A program made the position numbers and the translations under genes. Shown one piece after another: positions 57,307-64,000 of a DNA stretch of 64,000 nucleotides. This stretch comes from an uncultured delta proteobacterium. Lineage in GTDB: Bacteria; Myxococcota_A; Polyangia; Fen-1088. The notes beneath the pieces were generated by a model that searched no databases, was not told the origin of the DNA, and saw nothing but the letters and a program-made list of their open reading frames with translations. The stretch lies in assembly GCA_963796685.1 (NCBI GenBank), contig CAWCMR010000015.1, positions 96,001 through 160,000 on the forward strand, written 5' to 3'. Numbering within the stretch: the first letter of the stretch is position 1; each line of letters starts with the position of its first letter.

Positions 57307-58689
57307 TTACACCGTACGCGAGAAGACGGGTTCGCCGGACGCCAGTTTCGGTTCCAGGTGCGCATCAAAGCACATGGCCAGGTTGCGGACGAAGACCTGG
57401 CCGAGCCCGATGGCGCGCACGCCGTTGGCGTCGATCTGACACATGCCGTCGACCACGAAGGGCTGGAGCTTGGCCAGCGAGTCGCGCAGGTAGTCGGCGA
57501 ACACGATGTCGTGCTTGGACTCGATGGTCCTGCGATCCACGATGAAGTTGCACATCAGGGTATGGATCACGTCGCGGCGGATCTCGTCGTCGGCGGTGCG
57601 CTGGTAACCGCGCGCCACGGGCAACTGACCGGCGTCGAGCATGCGGTAATAGCTCACGAGCTTCTTCTCGTCCTGCACCAGTGCGCCGCGCACGTCGCCG
57701 ATGGCCGAGACGCCAAATCCGATCATGTCCGCGCCCGCCATCACGGTGTAGCCCATGAAGTTGCGCTGCAGGCGGCTCTGACGCTGGGCAACCGCCAGCT
57801 CGTCGGTGGGCAGGGCGAAGTGGTCCATGCCGATGGCTTGGTACCCGGCGTCCATGAAACCCTCGCGAGCGATGGCGAGCAGCGCGAACTTTGCATCGCG
57901 ACCTGGCAGCGTCGGGCGCGCGATGTTGCGCTGGTGTCCGCGTTGGTTGGGCAGGTAGGCGAACGAGTAGACTGCCACGCGATCCGGGCGCAGGGCCACG
58001 GTCTCGGCGATGGTGCGCGCGAACGATTCGGGTGTCTGGAGGGGCAGTCCGTAGATCAAATCGAGGTTCACGCCGTGAAAACCCTGCCTGCGCGCGCTGG
58101 CGACCAGGGCCCGGGTTGCCTCCATGGGCTGCTCGCGTCCGATGGCGACCTGCACGTCCGGATCGAAGTCCTGCACGCCGAGCGAGATGCGCGAGAAACC
58201 CAGGCTGGCGAGCGCATCGATGTGCGCCGTGGTCGTGACTCGCGGATCGACCTCGATGGCGCGCTCTGCTTCGGGTAGAAACGCGAAGTGACGCTGGAAG
58301 CTGCGCACCAAGCGAACCAGCTCGTCGGGATTCAGGTACGTCGGTGTGCCGCCACCCAGATGGTACTGCGCGACCTGTCGTCGGTCGGGAAGCAACTCGG
58401 CCACCCGCTCCATCTCGGTCTCGAGGTGCGCGAGGTAAGGCTCGACCACGTCGTGGCGGGGTGTCGCGTAGGTGTGACAGCCGCAAAACCAGCAGCGCTC
58501 GATGCAAAACGGAATGTGGGTGTAGACGGAGAGCGGCGCCGCCCGAAGCCGGTTGGCAGCGGCCAAGGAGGCGCGGTACTCCGCATCACCGTATCCGGCG
58601 TGAAAATCCACCGCCGTCGGATACGAAGTGTAGCGTGGTCCGACGGAATCGTAGCGGGCAAGCAGCTCGGCTGGGACGGTTTGCTTCAT
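57307..58689 (-). CDS. hemN: Oxygen-independent coproporphyrinogen III oxidase
   Basis: GPRYTSYPT, HIPFCIERCWFCGC, GGGTP and RNFMGY. Confidence 0.93.
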   Translation of the reverse strand: MKQTVPAELLARYDSVGPRYTSYPTAVDFHAGYGDAEYRASLAAANRLRAAPLSVYTHIPFCIERCWFCGCHTYATPRHDVVEPYLAHLETEMERVAELLPDRRQVAQYHLGGGTPTYLNPDELVRLVRSFQRHFAFLPEAERAIEVDPRVTTTAHIDALASLGFSRISLGVQDFDPDVQVAIGREQPMEATRALVASARRQGFHGVNLDLIYGLPLQTPESFARTIAETVALRPDRVAVYSFAYLPNQRGHQRNIARPTLPGRDAKFALLAIAREGFMDAGYQAIGMDHFALPTDELAVAQRQSRLQRNFMGYTVMAGADMIGFGVSAIGDVRGALVQDEKKLVSYYRMLDAGQLPVARGYQRTADDEIRRDVIHTLMCNFIVDRRTIESKHDIVFADYLRDSLAKLQPFVVDGMCQIDANGVRAIGLGQVFVRNLAMCFDAHLEPKLASGEPVFSRTV

Positions 58690-59421
58690 TCACTTTCTCT
58701 CGACGACGACCAGGACCTCCTCGGCCACCAGGTCGTCGTCCGCGCGCAGCTCACGAGGCGCACCGTCCACCAGGGCGTACCCCGATACGATGTTGACCCC
58801 ACCTGATGCGGCCCAGTCTAGCAGGTCGCGCAGGGTGAGCAGGTGGATGTTGGCCGACTCGTACCAGTAGTAGGGTAGGCGTTCGGTGACCGGCATGCGG
58901 CTGCGCGCCGCCAGGTCGACGATCACGCGGTAATGGGCGAAGTTCGGAAACGACACGATGCCGCGCTTTCCCACGCGCAACATTTCCTCCAGGACCGCGC
59001 GGGGGTTCTGCAGGGTTTGCAGGGTCTCCTCCAGCACAACCACGTCGAAGGTCTTGTCCGGGCACCAGCGCAAACCCGCCCCCAAATCGGCCTGGATCAC
59101 GGGCACGCCGCGGTCCACACAGGAAAACACCTGGTCGGGATCGATCTCGACGCCTTGGCCGCGCACGTTGCGCTCGCGAATCAGGCGCTCGAGCAAGAAG
59201 CCGTCGCCGCAGCCCAGGTCGAGGACCGAGGCGCCCATGGGAATTTCGCGCGAGATGATCTCCTCTTGCCAGCGCGACGAGGCTTGCTCCCCGGCGGGGC
59301 GACTGGAACGTGCCTGCATCAACGCCACGATGGCGGCAGCGCGCTGCTCGAAGAGTCCCTCCGGCAAGCGGGCGAGGCCGCGGTCGGAAACCAGATCATG
59401 GTCGGCTCGGGGTTGGCTCAT
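58690..59421 (-). CDS. metW: Methionine biosynthesis protein MetW
   Basis: VLDLGCGDG, TLQ, IVSFPNF, LPY.WY..NIH; follows metX. Confidence 0.9.
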   Translation of the reverse strand: MSQPRADHDLVSDRGLARLPEGLFEQRAAAIVALMQARSSRPAGEQASSRWQEEIISREIPMGASVLDLGCGDGFLLERLIRERNVRGQGVEIDPDQVFSCVDRGVPVIQADLGAGLRWCPDKTFDVVVLEETLQTLQNPRAVLEEMLRVGKRGIVSFPNFAHYRVIVDLAARSRMPVTERLPYYWYESANIHLLTLRDLLDWAASGGVNIVSGYALVDGAPRELRADDDLVAEEVLVVVERK

Positions 59422-59429
59422 GGTGTTTC

Positions 59430-60626
59430 CTAATGGGAGAGAAAGCTGCGCAGCAGGCGACCGACCTTCTGCGTTTCGACCAGAAACGAATCGTGGCCGA
59501 AGCGTGAGGGCACCTCGGCATAGGTGACGGGCACGCCGGTCCGGGCTAGGGCCATCGCCAGATCCTTGCAATCTCCAGGGGGGTACAGCCAGTCCGAGTC
59601 GAAGGACACCACCAGCGCGCCCGCGCGCACGCGGCGGCACGCCTCGACCAGGCTGCCGCCACCCCACGTCGAGGCGGCGTCGTAGTAGTCCATGGCGCGC
59701 GTGACGAAGAGGTAGCTGTTGGCGTCGAAGCGCTCGACGAAGGCCCTGCCCTGATAGTCGAGGTAGCTTTCGACCGCGAATTCGATGCCGAAGCCTGCTT
59801 TCTGGTCGGTGTTGCGCTGCAAGCGACGCCCGAATTTTTCGTGCATGCCTTCGTCGGACAGATAGGTGATGTGGGCCAGCATGCGCGCGGCGGCCAGGCC
59901 CGCGTCGGGCCCTTTGTCGTTGCCGTAGTAGTCGCCGCCCGCGAAGTTGGGATCGTTCAAGATGCAGTAGCGGGCGACGGCGTTGAAGGCCAGGCCCTGT
60001 GCCGACAGGCGCGCGCTCGACGCGAGCACCACCGCACGCTCGACTCGATCGGGAAAAGCCAGGGCCATCTCCAGCGCTTGTTGGCCGCCCAGCGATCCGC
60101 CCATGACCGCGTGCACCCGTGCGATACCGAGCGCATCCAGGAGCCTGGCGTGCAGCCTCACCCAGTCGCCCACCGTGACCATGGGAAAGTGGAGGCCGTA
60201 GGGCCGGCCGGTGCGCGGGTCGATGGATGAAGGGCCGGTCGTGCCATAGCAGCTTCCCAGCACGTTCGGGCAGATGACGTAGTAGCGGTTGGTGTCGACG
60301 GCCTTGCCCGGCCCGACCACGGCGTCCCACCAGCCGGGCTTGCGCTGGCGCCACACGCGTCCGTTCTTGTCCGTATCCCTGTCCCAGCCCGCCACGTGCG
60401 CGTCGCCGGACAGGGCATGCGCGATAAACACCGCGTTGTCCTTGCGTGGGGAAAGCACGCCGTAGGTTTCATATTCCACGTCGATGGGGCCCATGCGACC
60501 GCCCAGCTCCAATTCCATCGGGGCATCGGCGGACACCAGGCGCAGGGTGTGGGCGCTGGTCCAGCCGACCGAATCGAGCGCTTCCGGGCCGCCAGCACGC
60601 GTCCCTTCCTTTTCCACGGGAGTCAT
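59430..60626 (-). CDS. metX: Homoserine O-acetyltransferase
   Basis: HALSGDAH, GWWD, NVLGSCYG, GGSLGG, FDANSY and GHDSFL. Confidence 0.93.
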   Translation of the reverse strand: MTPVEKEGTRAGGPEALDSVGWTSAHTLRLVSADAPMELELGGRMGPIDVEYETYGVLSPRKDNAVFIAHALSGDAHVAGWDRDTDKNGRVWRQRKPGWWDAVVGPGKAVDTNRYYVICPNVLGSCYGTTGPSSIDPRTGRPYGLHFPMVTVGDWVRLHARLLDALGIARVHAVMGGSLGGQQALEMALAFPDRVERAVVLASSARLSAQGLAFNAVARYCILNDPNFAGGDYYGNDKGPDAGLAAARMLAHITYLSDEGMHEKFGRRLQRNTDQKAGFGIEFAVESYLDYQGRAFVERFDANSYLFVTRAMDYYDAASTWGGGSLVEACRRVRAGALVVSFDSDWLYPPGDCKDLAMALARTGVPVTYAEVPSRFGHDSFLVETQKVGRLLRSFLSH

Positions 60627-60728
60627 CGCTGCTATCAGCTCACAACCAGGTAGGCGAGCGCAAGATCCACGAACCCCAAACATCCAGCAAGGGTCTTCGC
60701 CAGAGAACCCGACGCCTGGAGCCCCATC

Positions 60729-61175
60729 TCAAATACTATAGTCGGGGGCGTTGTTTCCGAGAGCCGTGCGATAGCGGTCCACCAGCACCTGGAAGCTGGC
60801 GGCGTCGTAGACCGAGCTCGCGGAGCGCACCGCCGCTTCCCAGATGGGGCCGAACACGACGTGCGAGGCGTGCGGCGAGCCGACCTGGCTGCGGTTCGCG
60901 GCGTCCGGATCGGCCAAGCTGCCCTGCACAACGCGCAGAACATCGCCCACCGAGATGCGCGCGGGCGGACGGGCGAGCACGTAGCCGCCCTCGTTTCCGC
61001 GACGGGATTCCACCAGGCTGGCGCGTTTGAGCTGAGCCAAGATGGCTTCGAGAAAGCGCGCCGGGATGGCCTGGGCCTTGGCGATTTCGCCGATGGACAC
61101 CGGGCCGTGCCCGAAGCGCATGGCAAGCTCGAGAGTGGCACGCAGGGCGTACTTGCTTTTTTGCGTGATGGCCAT
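60729..61175 (-). CDS. Rrf2-family regulator without Cys ligands (CymR-like)
   Basis: YALRA, IA..Q.IP..FLEAIL and SRRGNEGGY.LAR; no cysteines. Confidence 0.9.
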   Translation of the reverse strand: MAITQKSKYALRATLELAMRFGHGPVSIGEIAKAQAIPARFLEAILAQLKRASLVESRRGNEGGYVLARPPARISVGDVLRVVQGSLADPDAANRSQVGSPHASHVVFGPIWEAAVRSASSVYDAASFQVLVDRYRTALGNNAPDYSI

Positions 61176-61303
61176 TCCTCAACCTGGGGCTTGTAGGTTC
61201 GAGACCTTGTAGGATAATTCCTACTAATTCTATCGTATATGAAAGGTCGATCCCCGATTGTCAAGGGAATGTGCGGTCTGGCGGCCGTGCAAAGCGGGCT
61301 ATC

Positions 61304-62209
61304 ATGAGCAACGATTCGTACAGTCGATACCTGATGTCCAAGCGGTCGGTCGACGATCGGGCGCTGAACAGACATGTGCTCGACAATCTGCGCACCAATC
61401 TGGAAGGCAAAGGGCCCCTTCGGATCGTGGAGATCGGCGCCGGGCTTGGGACCATGGTGGCTCGCCTTGTCGACTGGCAGCTCGTCACGCGCGCCGAGTA
61501 CTACCTCCTCGACGTGGACGCGGACCTTCTCGAGGGTGCGAGAACGTGGCTGGCGGCCTGGGCCGGCACGCGTGGCCTTGCCGCCAGGAACGATGAAGAC
61601 GGCATCTTCCTACAAGGCGATGGTCCGACGGAGCTCCATGTGCATCTCGTCCGGGCCGAGCTTGGCGATTTTCTCGGCAAGCCCCCCGGCCTTCCCCCTG
61701 CCGACCTCCTGGTGGCGAATGCGTTCCTCGACCTCGTGGACGTGCCGGTCATGTTGCCGAGACTGTTCGACCTGCTTGCGCCGGATGGCCTCTACTGGTT
61801 CTCCATCAACTTCGATGGCGAGACCATCCTGCTGCCGGAGCACGCCGCCGACCCTCTCTTCATGCGAGTCTACCATCGCAGCATGGACGAACGGGTTCGC
61901 TATGGCCGCCCGGCCGGGGACAGCAAGTGCGGGCGACACCTGTTTTCCCACCTGCGCGCCGCTCGCGCCGACATCCTGGCTGCCGGCGCCTCGGACTGGG
62001 TCGTCTTCGGACAAGCCGATGGTTACCCTGCCGACGAAGCGACTTTCTTGCACGGGATTGTGGGGACCATCGTGACCGAGCTTCGCGGGCACTCGGAGAT
62101 CTTGCCGGGACCGCTTTCAGAATGGGCAGACCTCCGGCACAAGCAGATCGAACGCGGTGAGCTCGTGTACATCGCCCACCAAATGGACTACCTCGGACGT
62201 CGGCACTGA
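61304..62209 (+). CDS. SAM-dependent methyltransferase-like protein
   Basis: YL..KRSVDDRALN, EIGAGLG and ANAFLDL. Confidence 0.75.
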   Translation: MSNDSYSRYLMSKRSVDDRALNRHVLDNLRTNLEGKGPLRIVEIGAGLGTMVARLVDWQLVTRAEYYLLDVDADLLEGARTWLAAWAGTRGLAARNDEDGIFLQGDGPTELHVHLVRAELGDFLGKPPGLPPADLLVANAFLDLVDVPVMLPRLFDLLAPDGLYWFSINFDGETILLPEHAADPLFMRVYHRSMDERVRYGRPAGDSKCGRHLFSHLRAARADILAAGASDWVVFGQADGYPADEATFLHGIVGTIVTELRGHSEILPGPLSEWADLRHKQIERGELVYIAHQMDYLGRRH

Positions 62210-62286
62210 GCCCGCATGAGCGGTGGATCACAGTCCCGTGTTCCTTTCAGGGCCCGGCGTGCATCGAAGGTTCGATGGAAGGACCA

Positions 62287-63030
62287 ATGGCGCGAAGTGG
62301 AATCGTGGGTTTGCTTCTTGCGGCGGCGCTCGTTGGGGGGTGCGGCAAGAGCGGGGGCGGCAGTGGCTACCGCGCGACCGTGGAACCGATCTTCTCCTCG
62401 AAATGCATCAACTGCCACTGGCAAGGCACGCCAATCAACTACCAACTCCAGGATCCGTTCGATCCCGCGACTGGGGTGGTTGGCCGCGCCGGTGACTGGA
62501 CCATGGCACGCCACCTGATCTTGGTCGTGCCAGGAGCTCCGGAGCAGAGCTTTCTCGTGGACAAGGTCAGTGCCACGGACCTCAATCCCGATACCGAAGG
62601 TGCCAGCATGCCGCTCAATATGTCCCAGGTCGATGCCACCGAGCTGGACGCAATCCACACCTGGATTCAGAACGGCGCCAACAACGATTCATACTTTCAG
62701 GCAAACGTCGCGCCCATTTTTGGCGACGGGGTTTCCGTCGGTGCCAAGGCTGGCAAGTGCTCGTACTGTCACACGGCCAAGTCCTACAATCCTCCCAACC
62801 TGGCCGATCCCTTCGATCCTGCTCGCGGGGTTGTCAACATTCCCGCCCTTGTCGGTGGAACGCGCGTGATTCCGGGGGATCCGGAGCACAGTGTCCTCTA
62901 CCAGAAGGTGGCGGGGGCGCCGCTTCCGTCGGGCCTGAAGAATCCCATGCCCTACCAGACCCCGAAGCTCACGAGCGCCGAGATTGGGGCCATCGTATCG
63001 TGGATTGCGGCCGGGGCGAAGGACGACTGA
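62287..63030 (+). CDS. Diheme c-type cytochrome lipoprotein with internal duplication
   Basis: Lipobox VGGC and two repeats of V.PIF..KC..CH...PG.PE.S.L..KV...MP...I..WI..GA. Confidence 0.82.
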   Translation: MARSGIVGLLLAAALVGGCGKSGGGSGYRATVEPIFSSKCINCHWQGTPINYQLQDPFDPATGVVGRAGDWTMARHLILVVPGAPEQSFLVDKVSATDLNPDTEGASMPLNMSQVDATELDAIHTWIQNGANNDSYFQANVAPIFGDGVSVGAKAGKCSYCHTAKSYNPPNLADPFDPARGVVNIPALVGGTRVIPGDPEHSVLYQKVAGAPLPSGLKNPMPYQTPKLTSAEIGAIVSWIAAGAKDD

Positions 63031-63099
63031 CTCCGGGCAGAGGACGCCCCCAATCCCCCGACAAGCGCAGCGACGTCGCGGAAGGAGGCAGAAAGAGAC

Positions 63100-63360
63100 A
63101 CCTTTCCCGGACTGCGCTGCCTCGAGCCCAACGCCGATCGCCACGCGACCGTGGTCGCGCTCGAACGCGCCGTCGCCACGGCGGACGCGGCTGGTGCGGT
63201 TCTCCTCGCCGAGTCCGGCCGGCGTTGGCTGGGCGAGCTCGTGGGCAACCGTCGAGGCGAAGAGCTTCGGGCTCGCTCGAACGGCTGGATGGCCGAGCAG
63301 GGCATTCAGAACCCGGCGCGGATCGCCCACCTCATCGCCCCCGGGTTCCGCGTGTCGTAG
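63100..63360 (+). pseudogene. Remnant resembling the C-terminus of a myxobacterial Ser/Thr kinase-ATPase-TPR protein
   Basis: RRWLGELVG..RGEEL..RSNGWMAEQGIQNPARIAHLIAPGF* with no N-terminal domains. Family resemblance is from memory; left boundary approximate. Confidence 0.45.
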
Positions 63361-63403
63361 CGCGAGCATCGCGCAGCGTCGGCCAGTCCCTTTGGGCGAA
63401 AGC

Positions 63404-63508
63404 TCTAAGGAAGCCAGGAAGTCAGGAATGCGTGGATGGAGGTTGGGAGGCAATGACGCGCTTGATTTCGAGCGTCGGCTTTCTTCCTGCTTTCCTGGCT
63501 TCCTTAGA
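63404..63508. repeat. Hairpin element with 9-bp-periodic arms (CAGGAA type)
   Basis: TCTAAGGAAGCCAGGAAGTCAGGAA ... TTCCTGCTTTCCTGGCTTCCTTAGA, 23/25 complementary. Confidence 0.8.
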
Positions 63509-63569
63509 CGTTATCGGTCCCGAGCCTTGGGGGTGCGTGGGCTCAGTTTGGCACCCGACGGCCAGCCTC

Positions 63570-64000
63570 CTAGGACTCGGATGCCAGCGCCGCGTGCCTC
63601 GACCGGATGGTTTCGGCCAGCTGGTCGACAGCGAGGAGATTCTCGGCTGTCGGCAGGCCCTTGCTCATCAGGGGGTCGAACATTTCGAGCTTGAGACCCG
63701 CGAGCAGCGCCTTCAGAGTGTCGACGGTCTTCCCGCCCCAGGCCTGCGAGCCGATGATCACGGCGTGGCGCAGTTTGGGCTTGATGGCGCCCGCCAGATA
63801 GGCGGCGTACACCGCGGCGGGGTGGGGACCGTTCAGCACGGTGGGCGTAGCCAGCACCAGGGTCGCGGCGTCGACCAGGGCCATGGCCAGCTCGCCGATG
63901 TCGATGGTCGCCAGATCGAACTGCTTGACGTTGATGTCTTGGGCGACCAGCCGGTCGACCAGACGATCGACCATGATCTTGGTGCTGCCGTGCATGGACA
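63570..64000 (-). CDS. FprA-type flavodiiron protein, C-terminal flavodoxin domain (partial, runs off the window)
   Basis: SMHGST, ATPTV..GPHP and GS.AWGG. Confidence 0.8.
   Translation of the reverse strand, partial: SMHGSTKIMVDRLVDRLVAQDINVKQFDLATIDIGELAMALVDAATLVLATPTVLNGPHPAAVYAAYLAGAIKPKLRHAVIIGSQAWGGKTVDTLKALLAGLKLEMFDPLMSKGLPTAENLLAVDQLAETIRSRHAALASES

Overview
A GC-rich chromosomal window that looks myxobacterial (Myxococcota-like), inferred from gene content: an AglRQS-type motor, a PilT paralogue, many exported lipoproteins, sigma54 two-component systems and an exported caspase. It holds about 55 genes. Housekeeping and metabolic genes include acnA, ttcA, cysE, lipA, queD, tkt, lspA, an EF-G paralogue, hemN and metXW. 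There is a full ISC Fe-S operon led by a Cys-rich MerR regulator instead of IscR, an ECF sigma/zinc anti-sigma/exported caspase module, a beta-barrel plus GH9 cellulase pair and several signalling genes. No rRNA, tRNA, CRISPR array, transposase or prophage was seen. Intergenic DNA carries at least four families of small non-coding repeat elements: GTAG-REPs/REPINs, a TAG-ended MITE, hairpins whose arms are 3x9-bp units, and a ~190-bp hexamer-stem element present three times just after stop codons. About eight genes have single-base frameshifts, most likely sequencing or assembly indels. All calls come from motif recognition by eye; no searches were run.
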